Of a stretch of 50,570 nt of DNA, positions 39,875-49,831 are shown in pieces (position 1 is the stretch's first letter; each line of letters begins with the position of its first letter). Made by a program: the position numbers and the translations under genes. Location of the stretch: NCBI GenBank assembly GCA_044345055.1, contig JBIJBT010000007.1, positions 1 to 50,570 on the forward strand. Direction: 5' to 3'. The notes under the pieces were generated by a model that was not told the DNA's origin, did no database searches, and worked only from the letters and a program-made list of their open reading frames with translations. This stretch comes from Bdellovibrionota bacterium (lineage in GTDB: Bacteria; Bdellovibrionota_C; UBA2361; OMIW01).

Positions 39875-41125
39875 TCACCGAATCTGTCCTTCTCCGCGAA
39901 CTAAGTAAGTATACGAGCAGAGTTCGGGCAAGCCCATTGGCCCTCGGGCGTGAAGTTTTTGGGTGCTTATGCCTATCTCGGCACCGAATCCAAACTCACC
40001 ACCATCCGTAAAGCGGGTCGACGCGTTGTGATAAACAGCGGCGGCGTCTACTGATGTAAGGAACACTTGGGCGACATCTTTGTCCTCGGCAACGATAGCC
40101 TCAGAGTGATGGGTGCTGTAGCGGGCTATATGATCGAGCGCCTCAGGCAATCCAGTAACTACGCGAAGCGCAATTCGAAGATCAAGAAACTCGGCTGCGT
40201 AATCTTCCTCAGTAGCCAGTATCACTGATGCGACAAGTTCACGGCTACGGGCGCAGCCACGGCACTCTACCCCTTTTTCAACGAGAGCTTTTACAAGCTC
40301 CTCAAGGTGTCGCACAGCCCACGCCTCATCAATGAGAATAGTCTCTAACGCATTACACACCGATGGACGACTTGTTTTTCCATTTATCGCGATTGCGATT
40401 GCCCAATCGGTTCGGGCTGATTCATGAATATAGAGGTGACAATTCCCCTCTCCCGTCTCAAGAACCGGAATTCGAGCGTTTCGCCGGACCTCTTGAATCA
40501 ATCTCGCGCCACCTCTCGGTATCAGCACATCAATCAGACCATGAAGCTCCATCATAACCCGAGCAACCTCTGGTGATGTATCGGTGACAAGCTCAACACA
40601 CGACGCAGGTAGCCCCGCGTCCTCCAGCGCTCGCTGAATAACCCCGACTAGGGCGATATTACTCTCAATCGTAGATCTACTACCCCGCAACACTACGGTG
40701 TTTCCCGATTTTAGACATATCGCCGCAGAATCAACCGTGACGTTAGGCCGCGCCTCATACACCATCCCGACAACTCCGAGCGGAACGCGCACCTTCTGTA
40801 TTCTCAATCCATTAGGCCTCTCCCACTCATCGAGTACAACCGAGAGCGGATCAGCAAGCGCAACAAGCTCGCCGAGCGACGACGCGATGGCTCCTATTCG
40901 CTCCTCCGTCAGAAGAAGCCTATCTATCAACGCAGCAGAGAGCCCCTCTGATTGCGCCCTTTTAACATCGCGCTCATTTGCGGCAAGTATATCGGCGGAG
41001 CAGCTCAACAAACCCCGTGAAATCTGGACCAGGGCAGCGTTGCGCTGTTCAATAGTTGACCGCCGCAGAATCGCTGATGCTGCTCGACAGGCGGTTGCTT
41101 GATGGATTAGCTGTTCTTGAGTCAT
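39875..41125 (-). CDS. proA: Glutamate-5-semialdehyde dehydrogenase
   Basis: VPLGV.G..YEARPNVT, PRGG, GNCH, VCNA.E, NASTRFTDG..FG.GAEIGISTQKLHARGPMG. Confidence 0.96.
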   Translation of the reverse strand: MTQEQLIHQATACRAASAILRRSTIEQRNAALVQISRGLLSCSADILAANERDVKRAQSEGLSAALIDRLLLTEERIGAIASSLGELVALADPLSVVLDEWERPNGLRIQKVRVPLGVVGMVYEARPNVTVDSAAICLKSGNTVVLRGSRSTIESNIALVGVIQRALEDAGLPASCVELVTDTSPEVARVMMELHGLIDVLIPRGGARLIQEVRRNARIPVLETGEGNCHLYIHESARTDWAIAIAINGKTSRPSVCNALETILIDEAWAVRHLEELVKALVEKGVECRGCARSRELVASVILATEEDYAAEFLDLRIALRVVTGLPEALDHIARYSTHHSEAIVAEDKDVAQVFLTSVDAAAVYHNASTRFTDGGEFGFGAEIGISTQKLHARGPMGLPELCSYTYLVRGEGQIR

Positions 41126-41719
41126 GGAGTCTATTTACGGTGTCTTGCGGTTTATGATGTGGGATTGATTAAGCGGAATCAAAACCGCAATTAACTGTTT
41201 ACAATCAATTCAACTAACAAGAACGGTACCAGATTTGCAGTGAGAGTAAAGGAGACCGTTCGGTATCGTAAGTTAGCGGAAAATTGAGGGACGCACATAA
41301 TCGCCTCTCAAGACAGTCGGACTACTTCAATTCGATTGCGCTGTGCAAAAATCCACCAACCCCCCTTTTTTGGGTGCGTTCAGGTGTGGTCCCTCCCCAA
41401 AAAACGGTATACACTCCCATCGAGTTCAGGAGCCGGCGAGCGTCTAAACCGGACCTGTACGAATCTTACCTTTTCTTAATATGAGTCTCTGAGTTGTCGG
41501 ACGGCGTTAGAGCACTATTTTGGTGCTTATCAAACAGGGATGTATCCCCGGATACCCTTGATGTCTAGCAGGTATCCATCGAGCTGGCACTCAAGAAACC
41601 GTACATCTTCTTCCCTTATCTCTTACGTTCTATTTTAGAACATTGCATCGACGACCTATCCTAAAAAAACATCCTAAATAGCTTTTACCAAACATTTAGA
41701 ATTTTACTGATTACCAGCC

Positions 41720-44700
41720 ATGGCAACCCCTTCATCCCCTAAAAGATCCGCCGTTAAAAGCTCACTCGAACATCTATCAGAGAGTTGGCGGCAAGATCTG
41801 CGGAACGCGATCGTTGCAAATCCGCATCTCCCGAGCGATGAATCAGTAGTTGACCAGTATATAGCCGCTTTTCCCCCCGAGTATCAGGCGACCTTTTCTG
41901 TAGAAACGTGCGTTGCAGACCTTGAGGTAATGAGCACTCTTTGTCCCGAGCATCCCCTCGTTGTTCGAATCGAAGAGAGTAGAACAGGTGAGGCAAACAG
42001 TCACACAGATTCAACTGGTGATCAGCCCAGCGCCCTTGTCGTCCTCTATAATCGAGGTACGAACATTCCATTGAGCAAAACCCTCCCAATTCTCGAAAAC
42101 GCAGGTCTTGAGGTTCTAACCGTCGCCTCCTTCGAGGTCAAACCAGAGCAGTTAACCCCTGTCTCAATCAGCCGAATGGCGGTGAGGCCGAAATTTGCTC
42201 CAAATGGCGAGGAGGTTTTTTTCCCAGAGACCGTATCTTTCGGTCTTCGTGATGTGTTTTCAGGGTCCGCAGAGAACGATGCCCTCAACGCGCTTCTTGC
42301 CCTAGGACCGCTTGATGTCGAAGCAATCTCGGTATTACGAGCCTATTCTTGTCTACTTTGGCAATTAATTAAGTTTGCAACTCGGGGCGCAATTTTTGAG
42401 GCACTCGTTGCAGAGCCAAAAGCTGCCGTATTGCTCTGGGATTTTTTCAACGCTCGATTTAATCCAGTACATAACGCTTCCGTGGCGACTCCAGAGCTCC
42501 GAACTGCGACCATGGATGGGATAGAGCACGCCTATTTAAGCCATCTCTCCACCGTACGCGAAATAAATCGTGACAGGATTTTGCGGTCCCTCCTCTCACT
42601 CGTAAAACACACCGTACGATCCAATTTTTTCCATCGTAACGGTAGGGCACTTGCACTCAAACTAGAGTCAGAAAAAATTGAAATTATCCCTCATCCACGG
42701 CCAAAATTTGAGCTATTTATCCGTTCCCCTCACTTCGAGGGAACGCATCTACGCGCCGATATGGTGGCTCGCGGTGGGATTCGGTGGAGCGAGCGAAACG
42801 ACGATTATCGCACTGAGGTACTTGGGTTGATGAACACCCAGCGGATTAAAAATGTAGTTATTGTTCCGAATGGAGCAAAGGGTGGATTTGCAATTCGTCA
42901 CCTTCCAAAGGATCAAAAAGAGATCTTTGCAACCGTTGAGAAGTGTTACCGCGAATATATCCGAGCTTGTCTCTCAGTCACAGACAATCGGGTCGGAGCA
43001 ACTATTGTGCACCCAGAGGGGCTAGTTATTTATGATCAGCCGGACCCCTACTTTGTTGTTGCTGCTGATAAGGGAACGGCGACATTTAGCGATATCGCAA
43101 ATGAGATCGCGGTAAATGAATTTCAGTTTTGGCTCGGTGATGCTTTTGCCTCGGGAGGTTCCAAGGGATACGACCATAAATTATACGGAATAACGGCTCG
43201 TGGCGCATGGGAGTGTGTGCGCCGTCACTTTCACGATCTTGGCCTTCATTACGAATCAGAGCCGTTCTCCGTTATTGGTATCGGTGACATGAGTGGCGAT
43301 GTTTTCGGCAACGGCCTTCTAATGAGCGATAAGGCCAAGCTAATTGGTGCGTTTAATCATAAGCACATATTTATTGATCCATCGCCCGACCCCGCGATCT
43401 CATTCTCCGAGCGCAAGCGGCTCTTTGAGACTCCTCATACGCAGTGGAGCGATTACGACAAAAACCTCATTAGTGAAGGTGGCGGTGTATTTGGACGTTT
43501 TGATAAAGAAATTTCGCTCACTCCGCAAATACGGGTAGCTCTTGGTCTAAGAGATGATACTCCATCAACTCTCAATGGAGAGGAGCTTATCGCTCTAATG
43601 TTGCAGGCTCCGTGCGATCTCTTATGGAATGGGGGTATTGGAACATATGTGAAGGCATCGAGTGAATCCCATGTAGATGTCAATGATCGGCACAACGATC
43701 GGGTCCGCATCAATGCAGACCAACTCCGCGCGCGAGTTATCGGTGAGGGTGGAAATCTTGGACTAACCCAGAAGGCGCGAGTTGAGGCTGGTTTAGCTGG
43801 TGTAGCCCTAAATACCGATGCGATAGACAATTCAGCCGGAGTAGATCTCTCGGATCACGAAGTGAATCTGAAAATACTCTTTGCTGAGATGATTCGGGAA
43901 AAAACCTTGACAGTGGAGCAGCGCGATTCGCTGATGCTTGAGATAGCTCAAGAGGTAACGCAACAAGTTCTTGATCATAACCGCAATCACTCGGTGCTGC
44001 TGTCCCTGTCGGTGAATCGATCGAAAAAGAGCCTCTCTTATATCAAGTCGCTTTTGCGGGATCTTTCTCGGCTCGGCTATGTTAGCCGCCGACACCTTGT
44101 CTTGCCGGACGATGCAACTCTGGAAGAGCGAGATCAACGACATCTTGGACTCTCTCGGCCAGAGCTATCGGTCTGTGTGGCGAGTGTGAAGATGTGGATT
44201 AAGGATATTTTAAGTAGCTCGAATTTAATCCAAGACCCAGTCTTTAAGCGTTATCTGGTCGAATACTTCCCCACCACCATCCGACACCGATTTCCAAAGG
44301 AAGTTCTCAAACACCCACTTTGGGAAAATATTATAGCAACAGAAGTTACGAGCAAGCTGGTCGATGCTGTTGGGATCACCTTCGTACATCGGATGTGCAG
44401 CAACCACTCGGTTCCACCCCTAACGGTATTAAAGTGCGCCCTCGCCGCCGATGAAATTCTAGGTTTAGGTGAAATTCGCTCCGCGCTAACGCAATTCGAC
44501 AACTCTTACGACAACGACTTTTTCCTCACCAGTCGTCGCGACCTTAGTGGAAGTCTCCGTGATGTAACCGCGTGGCTCATAGCGCGTCACGGACACGATC
44601 TTTCGCTAGAAGGGATGGTTTCACAGTACCGTGCGGCGTTTCTCGGTTGCGTTGAACAGAGCGATTCGATTTTTGTCGGAGACAATCGCGTTCTTTGTGA

Positions 44701-45154
44701 AAGCCGATACTTAAGTTTTTCTCAGAGAGGATTAAAGCCAAGCCATGCACGACGGCTCGCCGTCATTCCACTTATCGTCAACCTCCTCGAGCATATCCGC
44801 ATTTCCCAGAGAACCGGCATATCGGTCAGTCAGATAGCGCGGGTTGACGCTCAGCTAATAACTGAACTCTCAATGGCCCCGTATGCCCTCATTAATCGTC
44901 TTCCCGAGACAAAAGATAAGTGGGAACATCAACTATTGCTCAGCGCGTACGACGATATTCGCCGACACCTCTCGTACCTAACCGAGCGACTAGTTGGAAT
45001 GGGAATCCTCGAAGATGCAGAGATAACCGAAAAAATACGACGCAGCCCCAACTACGAATTGGTGACCCACATAATAGAAGAAGTAAATCGCTCATCTTCA
45101 ACTGTGGCGGCAATAGGTGTGATGGCGAAGCATTTGCGAAGTATTGCGGTGTAG
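41720..45154 (+). CDS. gdhB: Large NAD-specific glutamate dehydrogenase (1144 aa)
   Basis: ARGGIRWS.R..DYRTEVLGL, GAKGGF, VVAADKGTATFSD, GDMSGDVFGNG, DNSAGVD.SDHEVN.KI. Confidence 0.92.
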   Translation: MATPSSPKRSAVKSSLEHLSESWRQDLRNAIVANPHLPSDESVVDQYIAAFPPEYQATFSVETCVADLEVMSTLCPEHPLVVRIEESRTGEANSHTDSTGDQPSALVVLYNRGTNIPLSKTLPILENAGLEVLTVASFEVKPEQLTPVSISRMAVRPKFAPNGEEVFFPETVSFGLRDVFSGSAENDALNALLALGPLDVEAISVLRAYSCLLWQLIKFATRGAIFEALVAEPKAAVLLWDFFNARFNPVHNASVATPELRTATMDGIEHAYLSHLSTVREINRDRILRSLLSLVKHTVRSNFFHRNGRALALKLESEKIEIIPHPRPKFELFIRSPHFEGTHLRADMVARGGIRWSERNDDYRTEVLGLMNTQRIKNVVIVPNGAKGGFAIRHLPKDQKEIFATVEKCYREYIRACLSVTDNRVGATIVHPEGLVIYDQPDPYFVVAADKGTATFSDIANEIAVNEFQFWLGDAFASGGSKGYDHKLYGITARGAWECVRRHFHDLGLHYESEPFSVIGIGDMSGDVFGNGLLMSDKAKLIGAFNHKHIFIDPSPDPAISFSERKRLFETPHTQWSDYDKNLISEGGGVFGRFDKEISLTPQIRVALGLRDDTPSTLNGEELIALMLQAPCDLLWNGGIGTYVKASSESHVDVNDRHNDRVRINADQLRARVIGEGGNLGLTQKARVEAGLAGVALNTDAIDNSAGVDLSDHEVNLKILFAEMIREKTLTVEQRDSLMLEIAQEVTQQVLDHNRNHSVLLSLSVNRSKKSLSYIKSLLRDLSRLGYVSRRHLVLPDDATLEERDQRHLGLSRPELSVCVASVKMWIKDILSSSNLIQDPVFKRYLVEYFPTTIRHRFPKEVLKHPLWENIIATEVTSKLVDAVGITFVHRMCSNHSVPPLTVLKCALAADEILGLGEIRSALTQFDNSYDNDFFLTSRRDLSGSLRDVTAWLIARHGHDLSLEGMVSQYRAAFLGCVEQSDSIFVGDNRVLCESRYLSFSQRGLKPSHARRLAVIPLIVNLLEHIRISQRTGISVSQIARVDAQLITELSMAPYALINRLPETKDKWEHQLLLSAYDDIRRHLSYLTERLVGMGILEDAEITEKIRRSPNYELVTHIIEEVNRSSSTVAAIGVMAKHLRSIAV

Positions 45155-45570
45155 GGGGGAAATTAGCGCATTCCAATTAGTTGCCCTGAAAGAAATCGAT
45201 ATATTGTTTTATCAGGGCGGCTACAACGCACGAAATAAGTCTTTTAAAAGAGGTTTTTCGTGCATCGTGGATGTGGGTGTGATGGCATGTGTCGGACCAC
45301 TATTGGTTAGGAGGTTCCTGATATTTTAATATTTCAGATCTCGTTGCCCGATAATCAGCTATTAAATTGAGTTTAGCACTTCGTAATAACGGTCAACCTA
45401 CCCGTATCGCACTATTGATCGACCAATAGATTCAAGAAAATATCGCCATAACCGATCTGGAAAGTGAGCTGAGGTTGGACCACCTCCTGTTCCTCCGACT
45501 GGACAAAAAAGACGCATTAGGATTTCCTCGCAACCACTCCTGCCAAACTTTTTTTATTCATCCAGCCTTT

Positions 45571-46653
45571 CTACATCCCGCTTCGTCGCATCACCATATC
45601 CATCACCACCAGCGCCGCCATTGCATCAACGATCGGCACTGCTCTCGGGAGAACACATGGGTCGTGGCGTCCTGTTGCCTCGAGGGTGATTGCGTTACCC
45701 TCCTCGGTGACGGTTTGTTGTGGTAGAGATATTGTTGCGACGGGCTTAAAGGCTACACGAAAGAGTATTGGCATTCCCGTTGATATGCCGCCGAGGACTC
45801 CTCCGGCGCGGTTTGTTAGTGGCACAATTGTACCATCGGAATTGCGGACAAATGGGTCGTTGTGCTCGCTTCCTCTCAGGTGGGCGGCACCAAATCCCTC
45901 ACCGATATCAAATCCCTTTACAGCGTTAATGCTCAGCATCGCCTTCCCAAGCTCTGCGTGAAGCTTATCAAAGACAGGTTCTCCGAGCCCCACTGGGCAT
46001 CCTGTTATCACTCCCCGAATCACCCCTCCGATTGAATCACCATGTGCCTGGACCTCACGGATAAGCGCTTCCATCTGCGGCGCGACCTCTCTATCAGGAC
46101 ATCGGGTAATCGAGCTTTCGATCTGATCCGGGGTAACCGTTAATGGATCGATGCTGGAGGTAATCGATCCCACCTGATCTACGTAGCTTAAAAACGAGAT
46201 GCCGAAGTGCTCACGGAGATATTTTTTTGCTATTGCACCCGCCGCGACCCGAGCCAACGTTTCTCGCGCAGAGGCCCGACCGCTTCCCCGCCAATCCCTA
46301 ATTCCATACTTCTTGTTATAGGTAAAATCAGCGTGTGACGGACGGTAAAGCGTTTTTAAGACCGAATAATCATCCGACCGAGCATCCTTATTTCGCGCGA
46401 TAAGGAGTATTGGTGTTCCGGTCGTTTTTCCCTCAAAAACCCCCGAAAGGATCGTAATCGCATCCTCCTCTTTCCGGGGAGTTGTCACGTCGCTCTGCCC
46501 TGGCTTTCTACGATCGAGATCGGGTTGAATATCGGCCTCTGAGAGCGCCAGCCCAGGCGGGCAGCCATCAACAACCGCCCCTACCGCGCCACCGTGCGAC
46601 TCCCCGAAGGTCGAAACCCGAAACAGGGTGCCATAGACACTCCCTCCGCTCAT
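45571..46653 (-). CDS. aroC: Chorismate synthase
   Basis: TFGESHG, RP.HAD, SARET..RVAAG, GG.LGGIS.G, GRHDPC. Confidence 0.96.
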   Translation of the reverse strand: MSGGSVYGTLFRVSTFGESHGGAVGAVVDGCPPGLALSEADIQPDLDRRKPGQSDVTTPRKEEDAITILSGVFEGKTTGTPILLIARNKDARSDDYSVLKTLYRPSHADFTYNKKYGIRDWRGSGRASARETLARVAAGAIAKKYLREHFGISFLSYVDQVGSITSSIDPLTVTPDQIESSITRCPDREVAPQMEALIREVQAHGDSIGGVIRGVITGCPVGLGEPVFDKLHAELGKAMLSINAVKGFDIGEGFGAAHLRGSEHNDPFVRNSDGTIVPLTNRAGGVLGGISTGMPILFRVAFKPVATISLPQQTVTEEGNAITLEATGRHDPCVLPRAVPIVDAMAALVVMDMVMRRSGM

Positions 46654-46655
46654 GA

Positions 46656-48167
46656 CTATCCCCCGATACGTTTTTGTACGAACTCCACCACAGCATCAGC
46701 TGAGATCCGCTCCTGTCGAGTCGTATCACGATCCCGAACCGTTACGGTACCATCAGCTATCGTTTCGTGATCGACCGTGATGCATAGCGGCGTGCCGATC
46801 TCATCGTGCTTGGCATACCGTTTCCCGATTGATTGTTGTTCATCGCACTTGGCGTTTATTCCAGCTGCAAAGAGCGATTCAACGATCCGTCTTGCTGCCT
46901 CGGGCTGGCCATCCTTTTTCACGAGAGGAAAAACGGCTGCTTTTATCGGCGCAAGCCGAGGATGTAGTTTGAGAACTACCCTCGTCTTTGTCTGACCATC
47001 CGCATCGACCCCAGTTTCTTCGTGATAGGCATCCGCAAGGAGACACAATACTCCTCGCGTTAATCCCGCCGCAGGCTCGATAACGTACGGGGTATACCGC
47101 CATCCCGGCTTACCGGTAATTGGGTCATTTTTCTGTTGATCAAAGTAGGTTAATTTAACCCCTGAATGCTCGGCATGACGACTCAGATCGTAATCGGTAC
47201 GCGATGCAACCCCTTCAAGCTCATCCCATCCCCACGGATACTGATACTCGATATCAACACACGCATCCGCATAATGCGCGAGCTCATCTTTTCCATAGCT
47301 TCTAGGACGGAAGTTTTCCGGGGTGTTCGCGAGAGAACGCCACCAGTTAAGTCGCTCATTAACCCAATATCCGTGCCACTCCTTTTGAGTACCCGGCTCG
47401 ACAAAAAACTCCATCTCCATCTGCTCAAATTCGCAGGTCCGAAAAATCAGCTTTTCGCTCTTTATCTCGTTCCGAAACGATTTCCCCTGCTGCGCGATTC
47501 CAAAAGGAACTTTGATACTGGTACTCTGCAACACATTCAAAAACTGCACGAACATTCCCTGAGCAGTTTCAGGGCGAAGATAAATAACAGATTCACTCTG
47601 ATATTTTTCATACAGCTCTCGCAGCTTCGCTGTATCAAGAGCCTTTCCTGCAACCTCCTGAATAAACCCCTCCATCGGATCAACTGGCCCGATCGATGTG
47701 CGGAACATCATATTAAATTGCCGCTCATCAGATAGTTCGGAGGAGCCGCACACTGGACAGACGTAGCCACACGCACCGACGACCCCCTTCTTTTTTGGGC
47801 TCCCCGATTTTCCTCCGATGTAAAAGGAAATCTCCTCTCCTGGCGTTGCTCGCGGCGCTTTATCTGCGCGAAATCGCTCTTTGCAGTTATGGCAATCAAC
47901 CAGAGGATCAGAAAACCCAGATGCATGACCACTCGCCCGCCATACATCGGGATGCATCATAATTGCAGAATCTATCCCAAGAACATCCTCGCGTTTTAGC
48001 ACCATCTCGCGCCACCACTCCTGTGCGAGATTGCGCTTAAGCTCGGTGCCAAGGGGGCCATAATCATACGCCGAGCGCAGCCCCCCATAAATTTCACTGC
48101 TCTGAAAGATAAAGCCACGACGCTTCGCAAGAGAGGTAAGGGTTGAAAGAAGATCGGGTGTAGCCAT
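46656..48167 (-). CDS. glyQS: Glycine--tRNA ligase, homodimeric alpha2 type
   Basis: YDYGP.G, LRPETAQG.F, GK.FRNEI...FRT.EFEQME, IEP..G, SIGKRY...DEIGTP. Confidence 0.95.
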   Translation of the reverse strand: MATPDLLSTLTSLAKRRGFIFQSSEIYGGLRSAYDYGPLGTELKRNLAQEWWREMVLKREDVLGIDSAIMMHPDVWRASGHASGFSDPLVDCHNCKERFRADKAPRATPGEEISFYIGGKSGSPKKKGVVGACGYVCPVCGSSELSDERQFNMMFRTSIGPVDPMEGFIQEVAGKALDTAKLRELYEKYQSESVIYLRPETAQGMFVQFLNVLQSTSIKVPFGIAQQGKSFRNEIKSEKLIFRTCEFEQMEMEFFVEPGTQKEWHGYWVNERLNWWRSLANTPENFRPRSYGKDELAHYADACVDIEYQYPWGWDELEGVASRTDYDLSRHAEHSGVKLTYFDQQKNDPITGKPGWRYTPYVIEPAAGLTRGVLCLLADAYHEETGVDADGQTKTRVVLKLHPRLAPIKAAVFPLVKKDGQPEAARRIVESLFAAGINAKCDEQQSIGKRYAKHDEIGTPLCITVDHETIADGTVTVRDRDTTRQERISADAVVEFVQKRIGG

Positions 48168-48284
48168 AAAATCCCTCACATGAATTTGGTGTTCGGTACG
48201 TTAAAGAGCAAGAAAAAAAACGCTGCTCAAAAACTCTGCCCAAGAAACCCTGCCAAGAAACGGTAGCAAGAAATCTTGTTCGCA

Positions 48285-49694
48285 CTACTCAAGTGTCACA
48301 ATATCGGTCAAAGGCGGTCTCAGCAGCCGCTGCCTAGCTTCGGCGGCCGCCTTTGCCAACTCTGGGTGGGTTGAACGAATCCGCACGATCTGGTTGAGGT
48401 GATCTGCTGTCTGGGTAACTAGACGAGAAATATCGCCATCGGCAACCCGAGCAAGTCGCAACAGACTTGAGAATTCGGTCCACGACTCACATTCCATCCA
48501 GGTCATAACGGTGAGCGCTGCATCTGGAAGCACCATCGTCTCAGCCGCAGTCGGATTATCATACGAACGCTTAACTCGATCCACTATCTCCTGCAACTTT
48601 TGAAATCGATCCTTAGCTATCGGATTGGGTTTAAGATTAAAATAAGATCGATGTGCGTCCCCTGCAATCGAAGCGACAAGTCCAGCTAATTGGATTACCG
48701 AAAGGTCCTCAAATACGAACTCATTTATCGCTTCAGCTAACTCAAGAACAAGAGTAGTGCAAAGCTCAGCAGCCCAGGTCCCTTTTTCAGTCAATCCTCC
48801 CCGCTCCGGATCAATAAAGCCGAGAATTCGCAATCCATTAAGTGCCTGCTTGAGGTGTTGTTCCTGACGAGAAGCAACGGCATCGGCCTCGCGCAACATC
48901 CTATTGAGCCGTTTACGGGCACGTCGACCAGGTTCCCCGGCCAATGTTGCAACCTCCTTTTCAACTTCAACCGCATCGTCACGCAGCTGCCGCGCATGTT
49001 TGCGATCGAGAAACGCTGCCAAGCTTCGCTGAACGGTATATTCGAGGTCATCAACGTTCCGGAACTTTAGCAGGTTCAGAACTGTCGATGGCGATGCAAA
49101 ATAGGCTGAACGAAGCGGTTCTGGAGGAGTATTTGCAATCTGATGAATTACTCGCGCATCAGATAGCTGAGAGGGTGCAATTAGACAGAGACCCACAGCA
49201 TCTTTTCCGCGACGACCAGCTCGCCCCGACATCTGCATAAATTCAGCGGCGCTTAAAACCCGAAAGCCTTCTGCACCCGCCTTGCTATGCGCCGTGATAA
49301 CAACCGACCTGGCCGGAAAATCCACCCCCGCCGCGACCGTCCCCGTTGCTATCAGCATCCGCAACCCACCACGCGCCATCAATTCCTCAAGCAGGAGCCG
49401 CCACGGAAGAAGCTGTCCCGCATGATGCGCCCCAACCCCCGTTTCGATTAACCCCTGAAACTGAGGATGCTCAAGAATAACCTCAGGCGGAAATGAATAT
49501 CGTTCAATAACTGCATCGACCTGCTCGCGAAGATCTTTTTGAGCTTTCTCTGAAAGCCGTCCTCGCCGCATCCTGCCAATAAACTGAAGATCTGCATCGC
49601 ATTGACGACGAGCACTCCGAAACAAAATGGCGGGCAATAAATTATCGTCCGAAAGAAATTCTAAAATCGTCGCAACGGGAAATTCCCTTAACAT
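48285..49694 (-). CDS. Ski2/HelY-like helicase, C-terminal half (RecA2 plus DSHCT-like region)
   Basis: LLPAI.F...R..CD, HHAG, AT...A.G.D.PAR.VV, QMSGRAGRRG.D..G; own RBS (GGAG 7 nt before ATG). Confidence 0.85.
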   Translation of the reverse strand: MLREFPVATILEFLSDDNLLPAILFRSARRQCDADLQFIGRMRRGRLSEKAQKDLREQVDAVIERYSFPPEVILEHPQFQGLIETGVGAHHAGQLLPWRLLLEELMARGGLRMLIATGTVAAGVDFPARSVVITAHSKAGAEGFRVLSAAEFMQMSGRAGRRGKDAVGLCLIAPSQLSDARVIHQIANTPPEPLRSAYFASPSTVLNLLKFRNVDDLEYTVQRSLAAFLDRKHARQLRDDAVEVEKEVATLAGEPGRRARKRLNRMLREADAVASRQEQHLKQALNGLRILGFIDPERGGLTEKGTWAAELCTTLVLELAEAINEFVFEDLSVIQLAGLVASIAGDAHRSYFNLKPNPIAKDRFQKLQEIVDRVKRSYDNPTAAETMVLPDAALTVMTWMECESWTEFSSLLRLARVADGDISRLVTQTADHLNQIVRIRSTHPELAKAAAEARQRLLRPPLTDIVTLE

Positions 49695-49831
49695 CTAATA
49701 TCTCCGATGTACCTGCTCGGCACATTAATTTCGAATATTTATTGGACCCTGAAAACCTATGGACGGGTTTTTTAGGGCCAAATATTTGAGGTGCTGAATA
49801 GCTAGCTTTCTCTAAAAATTGTGATGAATCG

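Noticed and set aside
39767..39875. tRNA-Pro as an island attachment site
   Set aside because: No integrase and no duplicated tRNA 3' end seen; flanked by core genes
41221..41295. T-box riboswitch upstream of proA (TGGTACC on the minus strand)
   Set aside because: No AGGGTGGNACC antiterminator helix in the right order, no stem I motifs and no terminator
49695..49831. Programmed frameshift or self-splicing intron joining the helicase halves
   Set aside because: Stops in both frames, too short for a group I or II intron, and the second ORF has its own RBS
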